From an uncultured Chloroflexia bacterium (GTDB taxonomy: Bacteria; Chloroflexota; Limnocylindria; Limnocylindrales; CSP1-4), in NCBI GenBank assembly GCA_963749705.1, contig CAVVNQ010000004.1, positions 86,454 through 150,453 on the forward strand: 64,000 nt of DNA, given 5' to 3'. The notes beneath the pieces are model-generated. The model ran no database searches. It worked only from the letters and a program-made list of their open reading frames with translations, and was not told where the DNA came from. Below are positions 11,588-19,998 of the stretch, one piece after another. The position numbers and the translations under genes were made by a program. Each line of letters starts with the position of its first letter. Positions within the stretch are counted from its first letter, which is position 1.

Positions 11588-11929
11588 CTACCCCTCGAAG
11601 GTGCTCAGGTTCGGATTGCAGGCGATGCCGGGGTTGAGCCCGATCAACGTGAGCTGATCGCGGACCGCCTTGGGGATCTGGCCCCACGACTGGGCGTGAC
11701 CCGGATCTCCCTTGGTTGCGACGGCCTTGAGCGTGGAGTCACTGTCATCGGTGTACCACTGGAGGTCCTCCTGGCCCGAATAGGCGCAGTCGGATCGACC
11801 GTGGACATCCTTCAGCTGGCCGTTGCCGGTGATCTCGCCGGCCATCGCGGTGCCGGCAACCATGCTGAGGGCAAGGGCGGCGGTCGCGGCGGCGATGCCG
11901 AGCCTCGATGCGGTTCGGGTGTGCGTCAT
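11588..11929 (-). CDS. Small secreted protein of unknown function (113 aa; Sec signal peptide; mature part about 83 aa with 2 Cys)
   Basis: N-terminus MTHTRTASRLGIAAATAALALSMVAGTAMA/GE is a canonical signal peptide; GGAGG ribosome-binding site 9 nt upstream of the ATG; no recognisable family. Confidence 0.55.
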   Translation of the reverse strand: MTHTRTASRLGIAAATAALALSMVAGTAMAGEITGNGQLKDVHGRSDCAYSGQEDLQWYTDDSDSTLKAVATKGDPGHAQSWGQIPKAVRDQLTLIGLNPGIACNPNLSTFEG

Positions 11930-11976
11930 TGAAATCGATCCTCCGTTGTCGTGGGAACTGTGTCGCGATCCAGGGT

Positions 11977-12225
11977 TCAGACCTCGACGCTGAGCTCGTA
12001 GACCTCGGGCGTGGGATGCCCCGCCTGCTCGTGGATCCGCATCACCGCCTCCTTCGAGGGGCCCGACGCGAGGCAGAACACCTTGCCCGCCTCGGGATCG
12101 AGCCACGCATGCTCGAAGTGCACGCCCTCCGTGTCCTCGATCGCGAGGTCGCGGTCGTGGGCCTCCTGGAGCTGCTCGCCGGTGACGCCGAAGAACCCTT
12201 CGTGCACATCCATGAACTTCGCCAT
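11977..12225 (-). CDS. DUF4242 / SCO4226-like small metal (nickel)-binding protein (82 aa)
   Basis: Starts MAKFMDVHEGF as DUF4242 proteins do; GGAGGTGG ribosome-binding site. The listed 170-aa ORF has an implausible Pro/Arg-rich N-terminal extension. Confidence 0.6.
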   Translation of the reverse strand: MAKFMDVHEGFFGVTGEQLQEAHDRDLAIEDTEGVHFEHAWLDPEAGKVFCLASGPSKEAVMRIHEQAGHPTPEVYELSVEV

Positions 12226-12294
12226 TTGCCACCTCCGGAATGTGGGACGCCGGTCGTACCCTGCCCCGAGACTGGCTGATCGCGGCGAGTCCGT

Positions 12295-12314
12295 CATCGG
12301 TCGATCTACCGATG
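12295..12314. promoter_or_regulatory. Inverted repeat CATCGGT-N6-ACCGATG in the divergent promoter region between DUF4242 and LAL regulator 2
   Basis: 7-bp perfect arms; located 36 nt upstream of the LAL-2 ATG. Confidence 0.35.
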
Positions 12315-12349
12315 AGGGGTCGCGAGATGCACGTAGACTCCACGGCGGG

Positions 12350-15322
12350 ATGGCGACGAACGAGCTCGTGATCTGCCCGGTCCTCGTGGGTCGCGACGAC
12401 CTGCTGGCGCTGGCGGGCCGACGCCTGCGTGAAGCTGCCGCGTCGCGCGGCGGGTTGCTGTGCCTCGCCGGTGAAGCCGGGATCGGCAAGACGCGGCTGG
12501 CCGGGGCAATCGAGCGACGCGCCGTGTCGGCGGGCTTCGTGATCGCGAGAGGGATCGCCTACCCGCGTGACCTCGAGGTGGCCGGTGGCGTGTTCATCGA
12601 CCTTGCGCGCTCCCTCGGCCGGATCCCCGGGCTCGACCGCGTCGGTGCGGCGCTGGGCGAGCTGCTCGGTGGGCCTGGCGACAGGGCGCCGACGGCGGGC
12701 GACGCGCATCGGCGGCGGCGCATCCTCATGCTGGACGTGGTCGATCTGCTCGCGGGTCTGCCGGCGCGGACGCCGGTGATGCTCACGCTCGAGGATCTCC
12801 ACTGGGCGGACGACCTGACGCTGGAGATCGTCGGGGCGCTCGCGCGACGGCTGCCGGAGCTGCCGCTCATGGTCCTCGCGACATACCGGAGCGACGAGCT
12901 GTACCCCCGCGTCCCGATGCGCGAGTGGCGCGCGCGGCTGCTGGCGGGGCGCCTCGCGGAGGAGACGCGCGTCAGCCGCCTGGATCGCGACGGGACGGCG
13001 TCCATGGCGACCCTGATCCTCGGAACCGGGCTGCCCGCGCCGCGAGACCTGGTGATGTCGATCCACGAGCGCTCCGACGGCGTGCCACTGCACGTCGAGG
13101 AGCTCCTCGCGGTGGTGCGGGCGGCGGGTCCGGAAGCGATCGCGTCGACGGTGGTCCCGGAAACGCTCGACGAGGCCATCCTGCTGCGAGCGGGGCGACT
13201 CTCCGTCCGGGCGCGCCGGGTGGCCGATGCCGCCGCCGTCATCGGCCGGTCGTTCGACGTGTCCCTCCTGGCGGGCGTCGTCGACCGCTCCGCGGACCAG
13301 CTGTCCGCACCGCTCCGGGAGCTCGAGACCGCGTACTTCGTGGCCGAGACGGCCGATGCGGGTCGCCTCGACTTTCGGCACGCGCTGATCCGCGACGCGC
13401 TGTACCGGCAGGTGCCGGCGCATGTGCGCCGTCGCCTGCACGGCCGCGTCGCCGACGCCGCGGCGACGGATCCACGGTTCGATGCCGCCTTCCGGTCGAC
13501 CCACCTGGAGGAAGCCGGCCGCAGCGCCGAGGCCTTCGCGGCCGCGCTCGAGGGCGGGCGCCGCGCGGCCGCCATGTCCGCCCATCGCGAGGCGCTCGAG
13601 CTGCTCGAACGGGCGCGGCGGACCGCACCACCCGAGCTGCAGCCCCAGGACCGCGCTTCGATGCTCGCCGCGCTCGCCGACGAGGCGGCCGCCACCGACG
13701 CCAACGACAACGCCGACCGGAGCTACGAGGAGGCGATCGAGCTGCTGCGCCGCGTCGGTGATCTCCGGGCGGCATCGGCGCTCGTGCCGCGCCAGGTTGC
13801 CGTCCGACACCTGCTGGGCGACGACCTGCAGGCCCGGTCCGAGCGACTGGAGGCCGCGGTCCGCGCACTGGAGGCGGTCCCCGACGACACCGCGACACGA
13901 GCCGTGCGCGCCAGGCTGCTGTCGGGGCTGGCGGCAGCCAACATGCTCGATCGCCGGCTCGAGACCGCGATCGCGTACGGCGAGGCGGGCCGTGAGCTGG
14001 CCATCGAGACCGGCGAGCAGGGCATCGAGCTGGACGTTGCCGCGACCGTCGGCTCGTGCCTGGTGTTCGCGGGGCGCATGGACGAGGGCTGGGCGCTGCT
14101 CGAGCGCGCGGTCGCCGAGGCCCGATCGGCGCACCGCGAGTCGGAGGCTGCCCGCGCGTACCGGATGATCGGCTCGTGCGCCTCGGTGCTCGTCGAGTAC
14201 GGGCGCGCCGAACGCTGGCTCGGCGAGGGCATCGAGCTGGCAGAGCGCGTCGAGCTCTGGAACCATCGCCATTACATGGCCGCGCACCTCGGTCACGTAC
14301 GCTGGGCGAGTGGCGCCTGGCCCGACGCCGAGCGGCTCGCGGCACATGCCCTTGCCGACGGCCGGGGCGGCATCACGACCCGGATCACCGCGCTCCACGT
14401 GCTCGGCTACGTCAATGTCGGCCGCGGGCATCTCGACGATGCGCAACGGATCCTCACGGAGGCGCTCGAGCTGGGCGAGCAGATGGCCGAGCTCCAGCGG
14501 ATCTCGCCCGCCGTGTGGGGCCTGGCCGAGGCGGCGCTGCTCGCCGGCGATCCGCATCGCGCCATCGCCTGGTGCGAGAAGGGCGAAGCGGCCTCCGACG
14601 CCGTGGCCGACGCTGCCTACCTGTTCCCGTTCCTCGTCACGGGCGCGCGAGCGCATCTGGCGGCCGGCGATCCGGCCGCGGCGGCTGCCTGGACCACCCG
14701 GGTGTCCGCCGCCGTGGCCCATCGCGGGATCCCCGGCACCATGCCGGCGATCGACCATGCGCGCGGCCTGGTGGAGCTCGCAAACGGCGCCACGGGACGC
14801 GCACGTGCGTCGCTGGACATCGCGCGCCGCCAGTGGCACGAGCATCAACGGACGTGGGAGGGATCCTGGGCGGCGCTCGACCTCGCGGTCGCGCTCGCGC
14901 GCTCCAACCTGCCGGGCGAGGCGCGGCGGATCGCGCTCGAGGCGGAGGGGATCGCCGACCAGCTGGACTCGGCGCCGCTGCGGCGGGCCGCAGCGGACCT
15001 GCTGGCCAGGCTGCGGTCACGCACCGGTCCGGTGCCTCCGTGGGCGCCGCTCACGGCACGCGAGTACACGGTCGCCCGGCTCATCGCGGCGGGGTCGACC
15101 AACAGCGAGATCGCGCTGGAGCTGGGCATCGCCCCGCGCACGGCCACGTCGCACGTGGAGCACATCCTTGCCAAACTGGGGTTCACACGGCGGGCGGAGG
15201 TGGCGGCGTGGGTCGGCCGCACGGCGGCCGCACCGTCGATGCCCAGCGAGAACGCCGGTGGCGGTGCGTCGATGTCGCTCGTCGACACGCCACGCCGCCG
15301 GGCGACAGGGAGCGATCGATGA
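12350..15322 (+). CDS. LuxR-family large ATP-binding transcriptional regulator (LAL), paralogue 2
   Basis: Same architecture and roughly 45% identity to the 8564 gene ([13 protein letters not shown] Walker A; C-terminal LTAREYTVARLIAAGSTNSEIALELGIAPRTATSHVEHILAKLG). Start chosen at the ATG giving MATNELVICPVLVGRDD. Confidence 0.8.
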   Translation: MATNELVICPVLVGRDDLLALAGRRLREAAASRGGLLCLAGEAGIGKTRLAGAIERRAVSAGFVIARGIAYPRDLEVAGGVFIDLARSLGRIPGLDRVGAALGELLGGPGDRAPTAGDAHRRRRILMLDVVDLLAGLPARTPVMLTLEDLHWADDLTLEIVGALARRLPELPLMVLATYRSDELYPRVPMREWRARLLAGRLAEETRVSRLDRDGTASMATLILGTGLPAPRDLVMSIHERSDGVPLHVEELLAVVRAAGPEAIASTVVPETLDEAILLRAGRLSVRARRVADAAAVIGRSFDVSLLAGVVDRSADQLSAPLRELETAYFVAETADAGRLDFRHALIRDALYRQVPAHVRRRLHGRVADAAATDPRFDAAFRSTHLEEAGRSAEAFAAALEGGRRAAAMSAHREALELLERARRTAPPELQPQDRASMLAALADEAAATDANDNADRSYEEAIELLRRVGDLRAASALVPRQVAVRHLLGDDLQARSERLEAAVRALEAVPDDTATRAVRARLLSGLAAANMLDRRLETAIAYGEAGRELAIETGEQGIELDVAATVGSCLVFAGRMDEGWALLERAVAEARSAHRESEAARAYRMIGSCASVLVEYGRAERWLGEGIELAERVELWNHRHYMAAHLGHVRWASGAWPDAERLAAHALADGRGGITTRITALHVLGYVNVGRGHLDDAQRILTEALELGEQMAELQRISPAVWGLAEAALLAGDPHRAIAWCEKGEAASDAVADAAYLFPFLVTGARAHLAAGDPAAAAAWTTRVSAAVAHRGIPGTMPAIDHARGLVELANGATGRARASLDIARRQWHEHQRTWEGSWAALDLAVALARSNLPGEARRIALEAEGIADQLDSAPLRRAAADLLARLRSRTGPVPPWAPLTAREYTVARLIAAGSTNSEIALELGIAPRTATSHVEHILAKLGFTRRAEVAAWVGRTAAAPSMPSENAGGGASMSLVDTPRRRATGSDR

Positions 15323-16221
15323 CGAGCCAATGGACCGGATCCTCGGGCGGCGTGGACTGGGTGCTGCGGCTCGACCGCGACCGGCTGCTGCCGGGGCGCC
15401 TCGTGGGCGGGCATGTGACGGTGGCCGCGCGGCGCGCGGTGGAGGCTCGCGGGCTGGTCGTGACGCTGCGCGGCGAGGAGCACTGGAAGTACCACGTCAC
15501 GACGACGGACAGCGAGGGCCACAGCCACACGGAGACCCGCACCGGGCACCAGGACCAGCCGCGCGTCCCGGTGCTCGCGGTGGCGCCCATCCGGCTCGCC
15601 GCGGGGGAGACCCGCGAGCTCGACATCCAGATCCCCGTCCCGGGTCTCGGCCCGGCCACGCTCGAAGCCGACGTCGCGGGCGTCTCCTGGGCCGTCGAGG
15701 CCAAGCTGGACATCGAGGGCGGACGCGACAGCTCGATCGAGGTGCCGGTGCGCATCCTCCAGCCGACCGCGCTGCTGCGCGCCGGCGTGGTCCACGTGGG
15801 CGAGTTCGCCCTGTTCGAGGCAGCGGACGCGCAGGCAGGCGGCGTCACCGGCTCCATTCGCATCGACCCCGTCCCCCTGGTCCCGGGGGAGCCGTTCCGC
15901 GGCCAGCTCTCGCTGCGGCCTTCGTCGCCGATGCGACTCCAGGAGATCCGGATGGAGCTCCGGGTGAGGGTCGAATCCACCGTCTCCGGCGGGTTCGACC
16001 AGACGCTCGTGCCCTGGTCGGCCGTCGTGGCACCCGCGATGGAGCTGGCGTCGGACCAGGTGGTCGAGGTCGCGGGGACCGTGCCGGATGTTGCCCTGCC
16101 CACGATCGAGCTGCCCCACGGGCGCGCCGCCGCCGAGCTGCACGTGATCCTCGCGCGTGCCTGGGCGCGCGATCCACACCTCGTGCGGGACCTGGCGATC
16201 GCGACCACACGGGAGCTCTGA
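15319..16221 (+). CDS. Spo0M-like / arrestin-fold protein (300 aa)
   Basis: Two beta-sandwich-like halves with a Spo0M-type N-terminus (GHVTVAARRAVEARGLVVTLRGEE; compare Spo0M GTVHVKGGKVAQDI); the ATG overlaps the LAL-2 stop (ATGA). Confidence 0.45.
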   Translation: MTSQWTGSSGGVDWVLRLDRDRLLPGRLVGGHVTVAARRAVEARGLVVTLRGEEHWKYHVTTTDSEGHSHTETRTGHQDQPRVPVLAVAPIRLAAGETRELDIQIPVPGLGPATLEADVAGVSWAVEAKLDIEGGRDSSIEVPVRILQPTALLRAGVVHVGEFALFEAADAQAGGVTGSIRIDPVPLVPGEPFRGQLSLRPSSPMRLQEIRMELRVRVESTVSGGFDQTLVPWSAVVAPAMELASDQVVEVAGTVPDVALPTIELPHGRAAAELHVILARAWARDPHLVRDLAIATTREL

Positions 16222-16264
16222 CGCCGGCGCCCGCTCCCCCGCGGATGCGGCGGACGGGTGCCCG

Positions 16265-17683
16265 TCAGCCCTCGAGCCGGGACCTCGCCTCCGCCAGCGC
16301 CGCGGCAACGCGCGCCGGCGCCGTCCCACCGGTGACATCCGCGCTCGCCAGGGCTCCTTCGATCGTCGTCGCGGCGCGGAGCTGGGCCACGATCCCCTTC
16401 TGGCGACGGAGCCCCCGCGCGACCGGATCGTCGCTGCCGTCGAGCGCCGACCTGAACGCCTCGTCGGGCAGTGCCGCGAGCGTCGCAACTCCCTCGGCCT
16501 CGGCGCCCCCGACGAGCCCCCCGACGATGTGGTGGGCGGCACGGAACGGGACCCCGCGCATGACCAGCGCGTCGGCAAGCGCGGTCGCCGTCGTGTAGCC
16601 CTCCTCCGCCGCGGCCTGCATTCGGGCCCGGTCGATGACGAGCGTCTCGATCAGCCCGGCCATCACCCCCAGCGACGCGTCGAGCGTCGACACGGCGGCG
16701 AACAGCGGCGGCTTGTCCTCCTGGAGGTCGCGCTGGTAGGCCAGCGGCAGCCCCTTGAGCAGCGTGAGCATGCCCGCCAGGGCGCCGATGACGCCGGCGG
16801 CGCGCCCGCGGACGAGCTCCGCCGGATCCGGGTTCTTCTTGTTGGGCATCATCGACGACCCGGTCGAGAACGCGTCGGCGACGTGGACGAACCCGAACCG
16901 GGGGTTGGACCACCAGGTGATCTCCTCGGCCAGGCGGCTGAGGTGGACCATCGCGAGGGCCACCGCTGCCAGCACCTCGACCACGAAGTCACGGTCGGAC
17001 ACGGCGTCGAGCGAGTTGGCCGTCACGCCGTCGAAGCCGAGCTCCGCGGCGGTGGTCTCGCGGTCGAGCGGGTATCCCGCGCCGGCCAGCGCACCGGCTC
17101 CCAGGGGCGAGACGTTGAGCCGGCGGCGGGCATCGAGGAGGCGGCCCCGGTCACGCTCGAGCATCTCGACGTAGGCCAGCAGGTGATGCGCGAGGAGCAC
17201 CGGCTGGGCGGGCTGGATGTGGGTCGTGCCGGGCAGCACGGCGTCGCCCTCGCGCTCGGCGAGGTCCACCAGCGCCTGCTCCAGGCCGACGATCCCCGCG
17301 ACGAGCCGGTCCACGGCACGCCGGGTCCACAGCCGGAGGTCGGTGGCGACCTGGTCGTTGCGCGAGCGTCCGGTATGCAGCTTGCCGCCCACGCTGCCGA
17401 CGCGCTCGGTGAGCAGCGTCTCCAGGTTCATGTGGACGTCCTCGAGGGCCGGATCCCAGGCGATGGCTCCAGCTTCGACGTCCTCGCGCAGCCCGACCAG
17501 CCCGCGCTCGAGGACCGCGACCTCGTCCTCGGTCAGCAGCCCGGCGCGCCCGAGCCCGCGGACGTGCGCGATCGAGCCGGCGATGTCGTCCAGCGCGAGC
17601 ACCGCATCGATCTCGATCGAGCGCGTGAACTCCGCCATCCGCGCGTCCGGCCCCTCGCCGAACCGACCGCCCCACAACTGCAT
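16265..17683 (-). CDS. argH: Argininosuccinate lyase
   Basis: MQLWGGRF N-terminus and fumarate-lyase signature region GSSMMPNKKNPD; start set at the ATG giving MQLWGG. Confidence 0.9.
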   Translation of the reverse strand: MQLWGGRFGEGPDARMAEFTRSIEIDAVLALDDIAGSIAHVRGLGRAGLLTEDEVAVLERGLVGLREDVEAGAIAWDPALEDVHMNLETLLTERVGSVGGKLHTGRSRNDQVATDLRLWTRRAVDRLVAGIVGLEQALVDLAEREGDAVLPGTTHIQPAQPVLLAHHLLAYVEMLERDRGRLLDARRRLNVSPLGAGALAGAGYPLDRETTAAELGFDGVTANSLDAVSDRDFVVEVLAAVALAMVHLSRLAEEITWWSNPRFGFVHVADAFSTGSSMMPNKKNPDPAELVRGRAAGVIGALAGMLTLLKGLPLAYQRDLQEDKPPLFAAVSTLDASLGVMAGLIETLVIDRARMQAAAEEGYTTATALADALVMRGVPFRAAHHIVGGLVGGAEAEGVATLAALPDEAFRSALDGSDDPVARGLRRQKGIVAQLRAATTIEGALASADVTGGTAPARVAAALAEARSRLEG

Positions 17684-17817
17684 GAAGCCTCCGTGCCGCG
17701 TAGGGAGCCATCGTACCGGGTGTCCATGGCGGGATCGGGCGGAACGCGGTCGCCGCGTGCCGCGGCCGGAGCGGTGCGACCGGGGCCACCGCGCGGTGGC
17801 CGCGGCCGATGGCGGCA

Positions 17818-17871
17818 AGGCTCAGCGCGCGGCCGACGGCGCGCGGCGAGGCTCAGCGCGCGGCCGACGGC
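17818..17871. repeat. 23-bp direct duplication (AGGCTCAGCGCGCGGCCGACGGC x2, 8-bp spacer) duplicating the 3' end of galT
   Basis: The second copy encodes the final VPSAAR* of galT; an identical copy lies immediately downstream of the stop. Confidence 0.6.
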
Positions 17872-18911
17872 ACCACGGCGCGCAGGCGCTCGGCGGCCTC
17901 CTCGGCCGTCAGGTCCCGCTGCGGCTCGGCGAGCAGCTCGTAGCCGACCATGAACTTGCGCACCGTGGCCCGCAGCAGCGGCGGGTAGAAGTGCGCGTGC
18001 ACCTGCCAGTGCCCGGTCTCCGCGCTGCCGAACGGCGCCTGGTGCCAGCCCATCGAGTACGGGAACTGGCGCCCGAACAGCGCGTCGTAGCGGCGGGTGA
18101 GGTCCCGCAGCGCCGCCGCCAGCGCGTCGCGGTCCTCGTCGCCGACGTCGGCCAGCCGGGATGCCGGGAAGCGCGGGATGAGCAGCGTCTCGAACGGCCA
18201 CGCGGCCCAGAACGGGACGACGGCCAGCCACGCCCCGTGGGCCGCGACGACGCGCGGTCCGTCACGCTCGGCAGCCGCGTAGTCCGCGAGCAGGCGTCGT
18301 CCGTGGTCGGCGAGGTATCGCGACTGGGACTCGTCCTCGCGGGTCGCCTCCACCGGAAGCGCGTCGCCCGACCAGATCTGGCCGTGCGGGTGCGGGTTGG
18401 ACGCGCCCATCGCCTCGCCCCGGTTCTCGAACACCTGGACCCACCGGTAGTCACGACCGAGCTCGGTCGTCTGCTCCGCCCAGACGTCGATGACGCCCCG
18501 GATCTCGGCCTCCGACATCCCCGCCAGGGTCAGGTCGTGACGCGGCGAGAAGCACACGACCCGGCACGTGCCACGCGTGCCCTGGGCACGGAACAGGCCG
18601 TCACCCAGGCGCACCGCCGACGTGTCCGGCCGGAGCGCGGCGAAGTCGTTGGTGAACACGAACGTGCGGTCGTAGGCCGGGTTGACCTCGCCGTTGACGC
18701 GGGTGTTGCCCGGACACAGGTAGCACTCCGGGTCGAATGCCGGCCGATGCTCGGGCGGCTCCGGCTCCTCGGCGCCCAGCCACGGCCGGAGCGTCCGTCC
18801 CGCGGAGACCAGCACCCATTCGCCGGTCAGGGCGTTGAAACGGCGGTGGGGCTCGTCATCGAGCGCCCCGAGCGCCTCGTCGTCCGGCCTCGCAGCCGGG
18901 TCAGTTGGCAC
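17853..18911 (-). CDS. galT: Galactose-1-phosphate uridylyltransferase
   Basis: HIT-like HPHGQIW active-site motif and zinc-site CYLCPGN; GTG start overlapping the restored stop of the upstream deoR-family gene. Confidence 0.85.
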   Translation of the reverse strand: MPTDPAARPDDEALGALDDEPHRRFNALTGEWVLVSAGRTLRPWLGAEEPEPPEHRPAFDPECYLCPGNTRVNGEVNPAYDRTFVFTNDFAALRPDTSAVRLGDGLFRAQGTRGTCRVVCFSPRHDLTLAGMSEAEIRGVIDVWAEQTTELGRDYRWVQVFENRGEAMGASNPHPHGQIWSGDALPVEATREDESQSRYLADHGRRLLADYAAAERDGPRVVAAHGAWLAVVPFWAAWPFETLLIPRFPASRLADVGDEDRDALAAALRDLTRRYDALFGRQFPYSMGWHQAPFGSAETGHWQVHAHFYPPLLRATVRKFMVGYELLAEPQRDLTAEEAAERLRAVVPSAAR

Positions 18912-19759
18912 GGATCGACACCCCCATGGCCGAAAGCTCGTCGTCCGCGACCACTACGGCATCGGCTTCCTCCTGGGCGCCTTCGCCGGCATCGACGACG
19001 ACGACCTCGGGGACCGCATCCCGGAGGATGCCCAGGGCCTCGTCCGTCCAGCCCACTGTCGGTAACCACGACATCCGCCTGGTCGAGACGCGCGATCGTC
19101 GCGATCCCGACGACCCCCCATTTCGCGTGATCCGCGACCACGATGAGCCGGCGGCTCGCGTCGATCAGCGCCCGGTCCGTCTCGGCCTCGCTCAGGTTGG
19201 GACACGTGAACCCGGCATGCGCATCCATCCCGTGGACGCCCATGAACGCGAGATCGAGGTGGACGGTACGAATCTGGGCGACGGCGAACGGCCCGACCAG
19301 CGCCTCCGAGCGGGTGCGTACGCCGCCGGTGAGGATCACCGTCTGGTCGCGCCGCCCGGTGCGGTGCAGCACGTCCGCGACCCGGATGGAGTTGGTCACG
19401 ATGGTCACGCCCGGCACCTCGGCGACCCTGCGCGCGAGCACGTGGGTGGTGGTCCCGGCCGAGATCGCGATCGACATGCCCGGCTCGACCAGCTCCACCG
19501 CGGCGGCGGCGATCGCCGACTTCTCTGCCTGCTGCAGCGAGGTCTTCGCGGTGAAGCCGGGCTCGTACGAGGCCAGCCCGGACAGCGCCGTCGCACCGCC
19601 GTGCACCTTCTCGAGCAGACCCTGCTCGTGGAGCACCTCGAGATCGCGACGAACCGTCATGTCGGAGACGTCGAGCTCCCGCGCGAGCTCGACCACGCGG
19701 ACCGCGCCCGACGCGCGGACGCGATCGAGGATGAGTGCCTGACGCTGGCGGGCGAGCAT
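18901..19759 (-). CDS. DeoR-family transcriptional regulator; apparent +1 frameshift near 19030-19050, so a possible pseudogene or sequencing error
   Basis: N-terminal [36 protein letters not shown] and sugar-binding domain up to VVVTDSGLD. The conserved C-terminus ([21 protein letters not shown]...SIRAN*) continues in a different frame and ends at a TGA overlapping the galT GTG. Confidence 0.7.
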
Positions 19760-19911
19760 CGCTCCGGCGTTTCCTCGAGGTCGTGTCGATCGCGCTGGGC
19801 CCGACGCTCCGGCCCGCGATCGACCGACCGGCGCATTATCATCTTGATCCCGGAAAGCACCTAAGTCAACGCACTCGCACAAAAAAAGTTGTTCGAATCC
19901 GCGCGAGTCTC

Positions 19912-19940
19912 TTGACATTGCGCAATCTGGTCGCAACAAT
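19912..19940. promoter_or_regulatory. Promoter/operator candidate in the deoR/sugar-ABC divergent region: TTGACA -35-like hexamer overlapping the 10-bp perfect palindrome ATTGCGCAAT
   Basis: AT-rich intergenic region; TTGACA at 19912-19917; palindrome at 19917-19926. Confidence 0.3.
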
Positions 19941-19998
19941 CCCACTTGTCGGCCCGGCCCGCATGTGCATCGCGGAAGGTCGCGGAGGAGGTTTCAGC

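Noticed and set aside
12226-14848. Upstream 5' part of the 1086-aa minus-strand ORF (11588..14848) and other long antisense ORFs (for example 5830..7008, 8516..9712, 9800..11362, 26200..28602, 50005..52512, 54490..56238, 56766..59204)
   Set aside because: Only the last 342 nt of the first ORF (the signal-peptide protein) is supported by a start, a ribosome-binding site and sensible composition. The rest are antisense to conserved genes and are GC-driven open frames.
18905-19864. 319-aa plus-strand ORF overlapping the deoR-family gene
   Set aside because: It is antisense to a gene with a clear HTH and sugar-binding domain and has no conserved features.
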